This document shows positions 9,401 through 17,340 of a DNA stretch of 20,000 bases, piece after piece. The DNA is from an uncultured virus (IMG/VR IMGVR_UViG_3300034102_003702) (taxonomy: Duplodnaviria; Heunggongvirae; Uroviricota; Caudoviricetes). The position numbers were made by a program, and so were the translations under genes. The notes beneath the pieces were generated by a model, which saw only the letters and a list, made by a program, of their open reading frames with translations, was not told the DNA's origin and did not search any database. Each line of letters opens with the position of its first letter. Position 1 is the stretch's first letter. The stretch covers positions 54,384-74,383 of the IMG/VR virus record IMGVR_UViG_3300034102_003702; one strand, 5' to 3'.

Positions 9401-10927
9401 GGAATCCAAGGAATCCAAGGTGTCCAAGGAACTCAAGGAATCCAAGGTGTCCAAGGAATCCAAGGTGTCCAAGGAACTCAAGGAATCCAAGGTGTCCAAG
9501 GAACTCAAGGAATCCAAGGTGTCCAAGGTATTCTTGGAACTCAAGGAACTACGGGAACACAAGGTATCCAAGGTATTCTTGGAACTCAAGGAACTACGGG
9601 AACACAAGGTATCCAAGGTATTCTTGGAACTCAAGGAACTACGGGAACACAAGGTATCCAAGGTATTCTTGGAACTCAAGGAACTACAGGAACACAGGGC
9701 ATCCAAGGTATTCTTGGAACTCAAGGAACCACAGGAACTCAAGGTATCCAAGGTATCACAGGCCCAGTAGCAGGATCTGCTAATCAAATCGTTTACAAGA
9801 ATAGTTCAAATAATCCAGATGGTTCTACCAGTCTTACATATACTGGAGCAGTATCTGGTGTAGGTACTGTGGGAATCGGTACTATTATTGATATTGTTCA
9901 TTATGACGCTTTAAATTCAGGCACTCTTTCTTTTGAAGGTTCTGCAGGGCAGTTATTCAGTATTACTAATAACCTTACCACTGGTTCTATTTTCTCTGTT
10001 AATGATGTTTCTGGCATTCCTAGTATTGATGTAGGTGCTGCGGGGACAGTTTCTCTTGCACCTTATGGTGGTGATGTTGTAGTAGGACAAGCAATTATTA
10101 ATAGATGGGTAAGAAAAACTGCAAACTATACTGCAGTAAATGGTGATAGCATAATTGCAGACACTTCTGGAGGAACCTTTACAATTACACTTCCAGCAAC
10201 ACCATCAATAGGTCATAATATTAGAATTGCGGATGGTGCAGATTGGGCAACAACCAATCTAACATTAGGTAGAAATGGTTCAACAATTGAAGGTATTACT
10301 GATGATTTTACTTTTAATATCAAAGGCATTACTGCAGATATAGTTTATGATGGAAGTACTTGGGAAGTTTATGCTAATGCTGGTCCAAGTGGTCCTCAAG
10401 GTATTCAGGGTAGTGCTGGTTTTGTTGGTAGCAATGGTGCTCAAGGTACTACAGGTGCTCAAGGTACAGCAGGAACTAGCGGAAGTTCCTCAATTACAAA
10501 TGACAATTCCACGAATGCAACAAGATATCCTACATTTGTTGATGTTACAACAGGAACACCTAGTGCAACAAATGTTTCATCATCAAAATTTACATTTAAT
10601 CCATCTACAGGAACCTTATCTGCTACGATTTTTACATCATTATCTGATGAAACAGAAAAAACAAACATTAAAATCATACAAAATTCTATAGAAAAAATTA
10701 ATAAACTTGACGGTGTAACATTTAACTGGGTAGATAATAATGCTCCTTCATCTGGTGTTATTGCTCAACAAGTTGAAAAAGTTTTACCAGAACTGATATT
10801 AAATATCAATGGCAAAAAGACAGTTAATTATAATGGTTTGATTGGTCTTTTAATTGAGGCATTTAAAGAATCTCAAAAAGAAATGCAAAAAATTAAAAAT
10901 CATCTAAGTAATCTAAATAATCAATAA
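6491..10927 (+). CDS. Long tail fibre protein, 1478 aa, with collagen-like segments and C-terminal intramolecular chaperone (peptidase S74-like)
   Basis: Three G-X-Y tracts; VGIGTTN repeats; T4 gp34/gp9-10-like domain ([23 protein letters not shown]); C-terminal SDETEKTNI...LDGVTFNW...[15 protein letters not shown]...[16 protein letters not shown]. Confidence 0.9.
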   Translation: MAKFISNRQKNLKIGISSYTESQTVLEVTGKVGIGNTNATQELDVDGNVRIRGAIYDNNNSPGNNTYVPVADGSGGWSWQPVTQAGAGTLDGIVVREEGNIVGTAGSVTNLDFRGNNIIAISTTGGAIATIRVSDTPTFNSLTVSGISTFNGLVELDSSLRDFYGNVGAAGSVLIAIGAGVSWAAPASVGTQGIQGTQGTQGIQGTQGLQGTQGTQGVQGTQGIQGTQGIQGIQGSTGTQGTQGTQGIQGTQGIQGTTGTQGTDGTQGTQGTQGVQGTQGIQGTTGTQGTDGTQGTQGTQGTQGIQGTQGIQGTTGTQGTQGTQGTQGVQGTQGIQGTTGTQGTDGTQGTQGTQGVQGTQGIQGIQGITGTQGVQGTQGIQGVQGTQGIQGTTGTQGTQGTQGTDGTQGTQGTQGIQGVQGTQGIQGVTGPVAGSANQIVYKDGSNNPTGSTNLTFDGSNLYVGGNITIGGTSSYIISNELRIKDKDLVVGIVTDGLGNDTSTDTTANTGGIAIASTEGSPLVSLSSAGEVTPDTYKQLMWFKSGSFTGLNTDAWIFNYGVGIGSTQIPLGVRLAAGGMQVTDSTVSTPQLSVSGSSTFTNGPVLIGSATSTGTADQDLQVTGGAYVSGSVGIGTTNATTKLQVNGTTKVETSIGSTQSVWFNTLDSKSYTAQNVSLLVQPETVYSFDASQTAFRSYEPAIFSSALTSANGSYNSTLYGLDNLTNVAGTSSAARLTGIGFYNYVARNSTTDVSSYASNLLYGISNIVFQGSNVDQSVVTGFAYGNRNLVGVQKATATTIYGNFTTTNIGATANYSASSTSAYGHYNLMQVGAASGTGIGTLTNYYGYYGAPTVALTGQLTNYYGVYLATPIVNGTLTNRYSIYSSDTSSQMYHAGSIGIGTTNPTSKLTVQGDVRVSGASTFVGLVELDSSLRDFYGNVGAAGSVLIATGAGVSWTTPFAAGIQGVQGTQGIQGIQGVQGTQGIQGVQGIQGVQGTQGIQGVQGTQGIQGVQGILGTQGTTGTQGIQGILGTQGTTGTQGIQGILGTQGTTGTQGIQGILGTQGTTGTQGIQGILGTQGTTGTQGIQGITGPVAGSANQIVYKNSSNNPDGSTSLTYTGAVSGVGTVGIGTIIDIVHYDALNSGTLSFEGSAGQLFSITNNLTTGSIFSVNDVSGIPSIDVGAAGTVSLAPYGGDVVVGQAIINRWVRKTANYTAVNGDSIIADTSGGTFTITLPATPSIGHNIRIADGADWATTNLTLGRNGSTIEGITDDFTFNIKGITADIVYDGSTWEVYANAGPSGPQGIQGSAGFVGSNGAQGTTGAQGTAGTSGSSSITNDNSTNATRYPTFVDVTTGTPSATNVSSSKFTFNPSTGTLSATIFTSLSDETEKTNIKIIQNSIEKINKLDGVTFNWVDNNAPSSGVIAQQVEKVLPELILNINGKKTVNYNGLIGLLIEAFKESQKEMQKIKNHLSNLNNQ
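6943..7019 (+). repeat. 77-bp exact direct repeat, copy 1 (copy 2 at 9259-9335)
   Basis: tggattagtagaacttgatagttctttaagagac...gtgttttaattgcta is identical at both sites. Confidence 0.9.
7058..7786 (+). repeat. Collagen-like tract 1, 81 G-X-Y triplets ([15 protein letters not shown])
   Basis: 9-bp periodic repeat of 729 bp with higher-order repeated blocks. Confidence 0.95.
9259..9335 (+). repeat. 77-bp exact direct repeat, copy 2
   Basis: Identical to 6943-7019. Confidence 0.9.
9374..9769 (+). repeat. Collagen-like tract 2, 44 G-X-Y triplets including a 45-bp unit ([15 protein letters not shown]) repeated about 5 times
   Basis: Direct reading of DNA and protein. Confidence 0.95.
10382..10489 (+). 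repeat. Collagen-like tract 3, 12 triplets
   Basis: [36 protein letters not shown]. Confidence 0.85.
10912..10919 (+). promoter_or_regulatory. Possible late promoter (TCTAAATA)
   Basis: In the last codons of the fibre gene, 9 nt before the ATG at 10929; would give a nearly leaderless transcript. Confidence 0.35.
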
Positions 10928-10928
10928 A

Positions 10929-11438
10929 ATGCCTACTTCTCTTTCAAGTTTTTTAGGTACAACTTATCAAGGAGCCACAGGTGCTCAAGGAACCACAGGT
11001 GCTCAAGGAACCACAGGTGCTCAAGGAACCACAGGTGCTCAAGGTGCAACAGGTGCTCAAGGTGCAACAGGTGCTCAAGGAACCACAGGTGCTCAAGGAA
11101 CCACAGGTGCTCAAGGAACCACAGGTGCTCAAGGACCATCAAATGTTCCTCAAAATGCAAAAACTACTTCGTATACATTAATTGCATCAGATGCTGGAAA
11201 ACATATATCAATTACTACAGGCGGAGTAACCGTTCCTGCATCAGTTTTTAGTGTAGGTGACACAATTTCTGTTTATAATGATTCTGGTTCAAATCAGACA
11301 ATCACTCAGGGTTCCGTAACTTTGAGAAATGCTGGCACTACTAGTACTGGAAATAGAACACTTGCCTCATATGGAATTTGTACTATTTTATGTGTTGCAT
11401 CAAATACCTTTGTAATTTGTGGAGCTGGGTTATCTTAA
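10929..11438 (+). CDS. Short collagen-like fibre protein with C-terminal beta domain
   Basis: Nine (GxTGAQ) units followed by [21 protein letters not shown]...[11 protein letters not shown]...FVICGAGLS. Confidence 0.8.
   Translation: MPTSLSSFLGTTYQGATGAQGTTGAQGTTGAQGTTGAQGATGAQGATGAQGTTGAQGTTGAQGTTGAQGPSNVPQNAKTTSYTLIASDAGKHISITTGGVTVPASVFSVGDTISVYNDSGSNQTITQGSVTLRNAGTTSTGNRTLASYGICTILCVASNTFVICGAGLS
10971..11141 (+). repeat. 18-bp tandem repeat x9 (collagen-like, 19 triplets)
   Basis: ggaaccacaggtgctcaa and ggtgcaacaggtgctcaa units. Confidence 0.95.
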
Positions 11439-11440
11439 TT

Positions 11441-13213
11441 ATGGTAATACATCAATTATTTTTTACTTCTATACAATTGGGATTATATCCATTTACAACT
11501 TTTACGTTTACAAATGGAACTCAAATTGGAAATATTGGACCCTCAACGGCAAATCTCCTAGCTTCATATGATACTGCATCTAATTCTTGGTTAAATAATG
11601 CATCATATTTTACCACATCAAGTGGAATTCAACTATGGACTGTTCCACGAACTGGAACCTATACTATAGAAGTTGCGGGAGCAGCTGGCGGGGGAACTGC
11701 TACTACTCCGGGATATGGTGCCAAAATGATTGGAACATTTTCACTAACTCAAGGAGATGTTATTAAAATTCTTGTAGGGCAATTAGGTCGTAACGGAACA
11801 GCTGATTGTGGCCAAGGTTTTGGTGGTGGAGGAGGAGGAACTTTTGTTGCAACAAATTCCAATGTCCCATTAATTGTAGCAGGTGGTGGAGGAGGTTCTT
11901 CTTCAGGAGTAATTACTGCTTCTAGATTAAATGGAACAACTTCCACATCAGGAAATCAAGGAGATGGTGGTTCTGGTGGAGCAGGAGGGACTGCTGGTGG
12001 TGGTGGGGGTGCTGGAACTGGATGTGTACCCGCAAGTTCTGGTGGCGGTGGATTTACTGGAAATGGTACTACAGCACAAGGAAATCCGGGGCTTTCCTTT
12101 ATAAACGGAGGAACCGGAGGGACAGGGACAAGAGCAGATGGTGGATTTGGTGGAGGAAGTGGAACCGCTAACTACACTGGTGGCGCCGGCGGTGGATATA
12201 GTGGCGGCGGCGGCGGTGGATTAAATAGCTGTGCTTGCTCCGACTTGCAGGGTGGCGGTGGTGGTGGTTCGTACAATAATGGAACAAATCAATCTAATAC
12301 TGGTGGAGTAAATACTAGTAATGGTTATTGTAAAATAACTCTCCAAGGAGCACCATCACCAGTGGTTCAGTACCTCGTTATTGCTGGCGGTGGTGGTGGG
12401 GGAGGATATATTGGAGGTGGCGGTGGTGCTGGTGGTTATAGAACTGCAACAGGATTTACTTTCAGTACTGCAACAAACTACACTGTAACAGTTGGTGCAG
12501 GTGGTGCTGGCGGTACATCCTCTGCAAACTTTAGTACTCCAGGAAATCAAGCAATCTCTAATGCAACTAATGGAGGAAATTCCGTCTTCTCAACTATTAC
12601 TTCAACTGGTGGAGGAAAAGGTGCTAATGCATATTCCCTAAACGGTGCGAATGGTGGTTCTGGTGGTGGTGCTTCTCAAGAATATGTCGGTGCTGCAACT
12701 GCAGGTACTGGAACTTCTGGAGAAGGTAATAATGGTGGAAGAGGGTCAACATCAACAAACTATGGTTCAGGTGGTGGTGGTGGTGCTGGAACAGTTGGTG
12801 CAACAGCATCTGGATCTGGAACTGGTGGAAATGGTGGAGATGGATTATCTTCAAGTATAACAGGAACTGCAGTTACTCGTGCAGGAGGTGGTGCTGGTGC
12901 AAGTTATACATCTCAGGGCGGTGCTGGCGGGAGTGGCGGTGGCGGTCAGGGAGGCAGCGGTGGCGGAACTTCACCAACAAGAGCATCAATTTCAGGAACT
13001 ACAAATACTGGCGGTGGCGGTGGTGGTGCTGCTGTAGGTGATGGAACTAATGGAGTTGGTTCTAATGGTGGTTCAGGTGTCGTTATTCTTAGTTATTCGA
13101 CTACTTACACTATAAGTAATCCAGGAGGAGGTCTAACCTTCACCACACAAACTGTAGGAAGTAATAAAGTAACTACTTTCACTCTAGGAACTGGAAACAT
13201 TCAATTTAATTAA
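11441..13213 (+). CDS. Glycine-rich putative adhesin, 590 aa, with two tandem glycine-rich modules (first is ALK/LTK-like)
   Basis: ATG at 11441 directly after the upstream stop is more plausible than TTG at 11378. Module 1: GIQLWTVPRTGTYTIEVAGAAGG...LTQGDVIKILVGQ...GGGGGTFV...PLIVAGGGGG. Module 2: VQYLVIAGGGGGG...GGGGAGGYR...YTVTVGAGG...NTGGGGGG...GGSGVVILSY. Confidence 0.8.
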   Translation: MVIHQLFFTSIQLGLYPFTTFTFTNGTQIGNIGPSTANLLASYDTASNSWLNNASYFTTSSGIQLWTVPRTGTYTIEVAGAAGGGTATTPGYGAKMIGTFSLTQGDVIKILVGQLGRNGTADCGQGFGGGGGGTFVATNSNVPLIVAGGGGGSSSGVITASRLNGTTSTSGNQGDGGSGGAGGTAGGGGGAGTGCVPASSGGGGFTGNGTTAQGNPGLSFINGGTGGTGTRADGGFGGGSGTANYTGGAGGGYSGGGGGGLNSCACSDLQGGGGGGSYNNGTNQSNTGGVNTSNGYCKITLQGAPSPVVQYLVIAGGGGGGGYIGGGGGAGGYRTATGFTFSTATNYTVTVGAGGAGGTSSANFSTPGNQAISNATNGGNSVFSTITSTGGGKGANAYSLNGANGGSGGGASQEYVGAATAGTGTSGEGNNGGRGSTSTNYGSGGGGGAGTVGATASGSGTGGNGGDGLSSSITGTAVTRAGGGAGASYTSQGGAGGSGGGGQGGSGGGTSPTRASISGTTNTGGGGGGAAVGDGTNGVGSNGGSGVVILSYSTTYTISNPGGGLTFTTQTVGSNKVTTFTLGTGNIQFN

Positions 13214-13221
13214 GAAAAGTT

Positions 13222-13605
13222 ATGGCCCATTATGCATTTTTAGACGAAAATAACATTGTAACTGAAGTTATCACTGGCAAAAATGAAGGTGAAGATGGAA
13301 TTAATTGGGAAGAACACTATGGAAACTTTAGAGGTCAGGTTTGTAAAAGAACCTCATATAATACTATAGGAGGGAATCATAATAATGGTGGAACTCCCTT
13401 TAGAAAAAATTATGCTGGTGTTGGATATATTTACGACGATGAAAAAGATGCTTTTATTTCACCAAAACCATATGAAAGTTGGATATTAAATGAAGATACT
13501 TGTTTATGGGAATCACCAATTCCTTATCCAGAAGATACAGAAAACTTATATTTTTGGAATGAAGAGGAATATAAATGGGATAATATGAACAGTTCATTAG
13601 GTTGA
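13222..13605 (+). CDS. Conserved phage protein following the glycine-rich adhesin (possible fibre assembly chaperone)
   Basis: MAHYAFLDENNIVTEVI...RTSYNT...FRKNYAGVGYIYD...DAFISPKPYESW...WESPIPYP; acidic and aromatic. Function inferred from position. Confidence 0.65.
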   Translation: MAHYAFLDENNIVTEVITGKNEGEDGINWEEHYGNFRGQVCKRTSYNTIGGNHNNGGTPFRKNYAGVGYIYDDEKDAFISPKPYESWILNEDTCLWESPIPYPEDTENLYFWNEEEYKWDNMNSSLG

Positions 13606-13613
13606 ATCTCACT

Positions 13614-13621
13614 CATAAATA
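13614..13621 (+). promoter_or_regulatory. T4-like late promoter (CATAAATA)
   Basis: Intergenic, 32 nt before the ATG at 13654 that opens the enzyme operon. Confidence 0.65.
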
Positions 13622-13653
13622 CAGTATCAAAGGATTTAATTGATAATTAAATT

Positions 13654-14625
13654 ATGAATTTTGCAAAAATTGCTTTAGATAATGGTGGTTCAATTCATCC
13701 AATCATAATTCCATCTCATTTAAATGATGGGTTGGGTATTATGAACCCATCGGTTTATATTCATAAAGGTAAGGTTTTAGTTAATCTCAGAGCAGTCAAT
13801 TACACATTTTATCATTCGGAAAAGAAACTTTTCCAGCATCCATATGGACCATTGACATATCTTCATCCAGAAGATGATATGCACCTGAGAACTAAAAATT
13901 ATTATTTGGAACTCAATGATAAGTATGAAATCACTAGAATAAATGCAATAGATACTTCAAAATTTGATACATACGAACCCCAATGGGACTTTGTTGGTCT
14001 TGAAGATGCAAGACTCTTTGAATGGGAAGGGAAACTTTATACTTGTGGAGTTAGAAGAGATTTAGATACTGTTGGAACTGGCAGAATGGAACTTTGCGAA
14101 ATCAAAGTTTCTGATAATAAAGTCGTAGAAACATCAAGATTTCGCATTCCAACTCCAGGAAATGATGACGAATATTGCTCAAAGAATTGGATGCCAATTC
14201 TAGACAAACCATATCATTTTATAAAGTGGAGTAATCCAACAGAAATTGTTAAAGTAAATCCAGAAGATAAAACCTGCGAAACAGTGTTCACTGGAGAATA
14301 TAAATCAATTCCAAGAGATCTTAGAGGAGGTTCTCAGGTCATTCCTTGGAGAGATTATTATGTTGCAATTACTCATGAAGTTGATTTGTTCAAAAGTGGA
14401 ACTGGAAGAAAAGATGCAATATATCGCCATAGAGTAGTATTCTGGGATAAAAATTTTAACCTAGTTAAATGGACAAATGACTTTTCCATTATGGGAGGGG
14501 ATGTTGAATTTTGTGTTGGATTAATTCAACAAGGTTCTGATTTCCTAATGACTTATGGATTTCAAGACAATGCAGCATATCTTATTAAGTTTCCAGAAAA
14601 AGTGTTTGAGGATTTTATCAAATGA
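13654..14625 (+). CDS. Five-bladed beta-propeller carbohydrate-active enzyme (GH130/GT91-like)
   Basis: Motifs MNPSV, GLEDARLF, KNWMP, LRGGSQ, VEFCVGL, TYGFQDN. Confidence 0.6.
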   Translation: MNFAKIALDNGGSIHPIIIPSHLNDGLGIMNPSVYIHKGKVLVNLRAVNYTFYHSEKKLFQHPYGPLTYLHPEDDMHLRTKNYYLELNDKYEITRINAIDTSKFDTYEPQWDFVGLEDARLFEWEGKLYTCGVRRDLDTVGTGRMELCEIKVSDNKVVETSRFRIPTPGNDDEYCSKNWMPILDKPYHFIKWSNPTEIVKVNPEDKTCETVFTGEYKSIPRDLRGGSQVIPWRDYYVAITHEVDLFKSGTGRKDAIYRHRVVFWDKNFNLVKWTNDFSIMGGDVEFCVGLIQQGSDFLMTYGFQDNAAYLIKFPEKVFEDFIK

Positions 14626-16718
14626 ATGAACTACAAGAACTTCTAGATTATTATGTACATCATACTGAAGAACCAGAGATTAATTTCAAATTAGCAATTT
14701 ATTATCATTCTATTGGGCAAACTGCATCTGCTATTTCTTATTATATCCGAACCGCAGAAAGAACAGAAGATAAAACTTTAATGTATGCTTGCCTGCTTTC
14801 TGCATCAGAATGCTTTGATTCTCAGGGATGTAGGAGCAATTCTGTCAAAGGACTTCTTCAAAGTGCAATTGCAGTAGATCCAAAGAGACCTGAAGGATAT
14901 TATCTACTCTCAAGATTTTATGAAAGAGAAAAGAATTATCACGATTCATATTTGATTGCATCTATTGGGGAAAAAGTTTCTGATTTTAATGCAAAACCAC
15001 TACCACTCAAGGTTGATTATTTTGGATATTGTGGAATTTTATTTGAAAGAGCAGTATCTGCTTGGTGGTGTGGACTTTGTGATGACAGCCATTTAATGTT
15101 TTTGGATCTCAAAACAAATTATTGGAATCAATTAAATGAATCGCATAAGCAAGCAGTTTTGAATAATTTAAAACTCTTCAAAAAAGAATTTGATTGGGGA
15201 GAAATTGAACAAAACAAATGGTTCAAAAAGGTTATAATCGATGAAGTCTTTACCAGAGATGTCTATCAAAAATTCTTTAAAGTGGATGAGGATGATTTGG
15301 TTGTAGATATTGGTGCAAGTGTTGGACCATTTACATATAAAATTTTAACACAAAATCCAAAGCAAGTTTATTGTTTTGAACCTCAGAGTTCTTTGTTCAA
15401 AACACTCAGTCAGAATTTAGAAAAGCATCAAAATGTAACTCTTATCAATAAAGGAATTGCATCAGTAAATGGTGAGTTTGAAACTGGTGGTCTTTATGAT
15501 AAAGACTGTACAGAAACTTGGGAAAAGATTCAAACAACAAATGGACTTAGATTTGATACTTTCCTAAAAGAAAATGATATTGAAAAAATTGATTTTCTTA
15601 AGGTAGATTGTGAAGGTGGTGAGTATGATATTTTCAATGAAGAGAATCGTCCTTGGATTGTAAAAAATGTTCGTAAGATTGCTGGAGAGTTTCATCTAGC
15701 AACACCAGACCAAAAGAAAAGATTTGTTGAATTTAGAGATACTTATCTCAATGATTTTAATAAAGTTGAAATCTATTCTTGCGATGATGTTGATATTAAA
15801 TGGAGTATGTGGGATGACTGGGCAGTAGAACGATATAATGAAATCATAATTTATATTGATAATACAGAAGTACTAGAAAACTTCTGGAACATCACTCCTT
15901 GGGCTACGATGGAATTTACTACATCAATTCCCAAGAAAGGATGTGTAGTAGATTGTGCATTCTGCCCTCAGAGAATTCTTGAGAAATCTTATGTGGATGA
16001 GACTAGATTTCTAACTCTAGACAACTTCAAAAAAATGGTAGATAAACTACCACAAGAAATTCGTGTAACCTTCGCAGGATTTACTGAACCTTGGTTGAAT
16101 AAAGATTGTACTGATATGCTTCTATATGCTCACGAAAAGGGGCACAGAATAGCAGTCTTTACAACTGGAATTGGAATGAAAGTTGATGATGTTTATAGAA
16201 TTAAAGATGTACCTTATGATTTGGGACCAAATGGTAAGTTCGTCCTACACCTACCTGATGCAGAAAGAATTGCAAAACATCCAATCACAGACAATTACAT
16301 TAAAGTTCTAGAAGCATTCAAAGAAGTTCATAAGGATATTCGAGGTTTCTATACAATGGCAATGGGTGAAGTACATCCCGATGTTAAGCACATATTCCCC
16401 GAAGCAATTGTTCCTGCTTTCTGGAATCGTGCAGGAAATCTTGTTGGTGAAGCAATGCTAAAACCAGAACTTCTCAATCTTCAAGACCGCTATAAATCAG
16501 TCTATCACGGAGAGGAACCAAGAACTTGTGGTTGTGATGAACACCTATATCACAATATTGTTCTTCCTAATGGTGATGTATCTCTATGCTGTATGGATTA
16601 TAGTTTGAAGTTTATTATCGGAAACCTATTGGACCAAGAGTATAAAGACATTGCACCTCAACCAAATACTTGTTTTGATATGTGTCGTTTCTGTGAAAAT
16701 GGAGTAAAGCACAAATGA
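14622..16718 (+). CDS. Fusion: TPR-like region + FkbM-family methyltransferase + radical SAM with SPASM/Twitch-like domain
   Basis: TPR-like helices (AIAVDPKRPEGYYLLSRFYE); VVDIGASVG, CFEP and IDFLKVDCEGGEYDI (FkbM); CVVDCAFC at 15942-15965 (CxxxCxxC) with GFTEP and FTTG; C-terminal CGC...VLPNGDVSLCCMD...IGNL...CFDMCRFC. Confidence 0.85.
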   Translation: MNELQELLDYYVHHTEEPEINFKLAIYYHSIGQTASAISYYIRTAERTEDKTLMYACLLSASECFDSQGCRSNSVKGLLQSAIAVDPKRPEGYYLLSRFYEREKNYHDSYLIASIGEKVSDFNAKPLPLKVDYFGYCGILFERAVSAWWCGLCDDSHLMFLDLKTNYWNQLNESHKQAVLNNLKLFKKEFDWGEIEQNKWFKKVIIDEVFTRDVYQKFFKVDEDDLVVDIGASVGPFTYKILTQNPKQVYCFEPQSSLFKTLSQNLEKHQNVTLINKGIASVNGEFETGGLYDKDCTETWEKIQTTNGLRFDTFLKENDIEKIDFLKVDCEGGEYDIFNEENRPWIVKNVRKIAGEFHLATPDQKKRFVEFRDTYLNDFNKVEIYSCDDVDIKWSMWDDWAVERYNEIIIYIDNTEVLENFWNITPWATMEFTTSIPKKGCVVDCAFCPQRILEKSYVDETRFLTLDNFKKMVDKLPQEIRVTFAGFTEPWLNKDCTDMLLYAHEKGHRIAVFTTGIGMKVDDVYRIKDVPYDLGPNGKFVLHLPDAERIAKHPITDNYIKVLEAFKEVHKDIRGFYTMAMGEVHPDVKHIFPEAIVPAFWNRAGNLVGEAMLKPELLNLQDRYKSVYHGEEPRTCGCDEHLYHNIVLPNGDVSLCCMDYSLKFIIGNLLDQEYKDIAPQPNTCFDMCRFCENGVKHK

Positions 16719-17326
16719 TGTATTCTCTTCACGAACAAAAACTTGCAGAGAATCCAAAACCATCAGTATTTGTGGTGGATAATTTCTACAATGACCCAGA
16801 TATCGTTCGTAGATTTGCATTATCGTTAGATTATGAGTTTTCTGATTACCACAGAGGTAGAAGAACTCAAGACCAATATTTTATTCCAGAAACTAAAGAA
16901 GCATTTGAAAGAATTATTGGTAAAAAGATTAGTGCTTGGGGAGAAACTTATGGAATGTGCGGAAGATTTCAGTATTGTACCGCAGAGGATGCACTTGTTT
17001 ATCACGCAGATAGTCAGAAGTGGGCTGGAGTCGTTTATCTAACTCCAGATGCTCCTTATGAATCTGGTACATCATTACTTGCACATAAGAAAACTGGAGT
17101 AAGACATTGTGACCATCCCGACATTATGAATGTATGGGCAGAAGCAGCACCAACTGGAGTACATTTGGATGCAACACCTTGGGAAGAGATTGATAAAATT
17201 GCGAATGTTTATAATCGCTTGGTGATTTGGGATGGTCATTGTCCTCACGCTGCATCTAAATATTTTGGATTCACTAAAGAAACTTCAAGATTGTTTCATT
17301 TGTTCTTTTTTGATACGGAATTTTAA
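16715..17326 (+). CDS. 2OG-Fe(II) oxygenase (DUF6445-like)
   Basis: VVDNFYNDPD; HAD (HxD); AGVVYLTPDAP; NRLVIWDG..PH; distal R in SRLFHLFFF; ATGA overlap with the upstream gene. Confidence 0.75.
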   Translation: MMYSLHEQKLAENPKPSVFVVDNFYNDPDIVRRFALSLDYEFSDYHRGRRTQDQYFIPETKEAFERIIGKKISAWGETYGMCGRFQYCTAEDALVYHADSQKWAGVVYLTPDAPYESGTSLLAHKKTGVRHCDHPDIMNVWAEAAPTGVHLDATPWEEIDKIANVYNRLVIWDGHCPHAASKYFGFTKETSRLFHLFFFDTEF

Positions 17327-17340
17327 TAAGGAAATAAAAG

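Noticed and set aside
9326..9787. Alternative-frame ORFs over collagen tract 2
   Set aside because: Same repeat artefact.
10933..11181. ORFs with LEHLWF and KEPQVL repeats; 18-bp repeat as possible CRISPR array
   Set aside because: Shadows of an in-frame coding repeat; no unique spacers and no cas genes.
11378..11440. TTG start giving a 611-aa version of the glycine-rich protein
   Set aside because: Overlaps the upstream gene by about 60 nt with an implausible extension; the ATG at 11441 follows the upstream stop directly.
17255..17262. TCTAAATA inside the oxygenase gene as promoter for LamG gene 1
   Set aside because: Within coding sequence and about 80 nt upstream of the start; could be chance in AT-rich DNA.
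14622..17326. RiPP cluster, DNA hypermodification or anti-phage defence interpretation
   Set aside because: No evident precursor peptide, RRE, nuclease or DNA methyltransferase motif; FkbM and glyco-enzyme context favours sugar chemistry. Not formally excluded.
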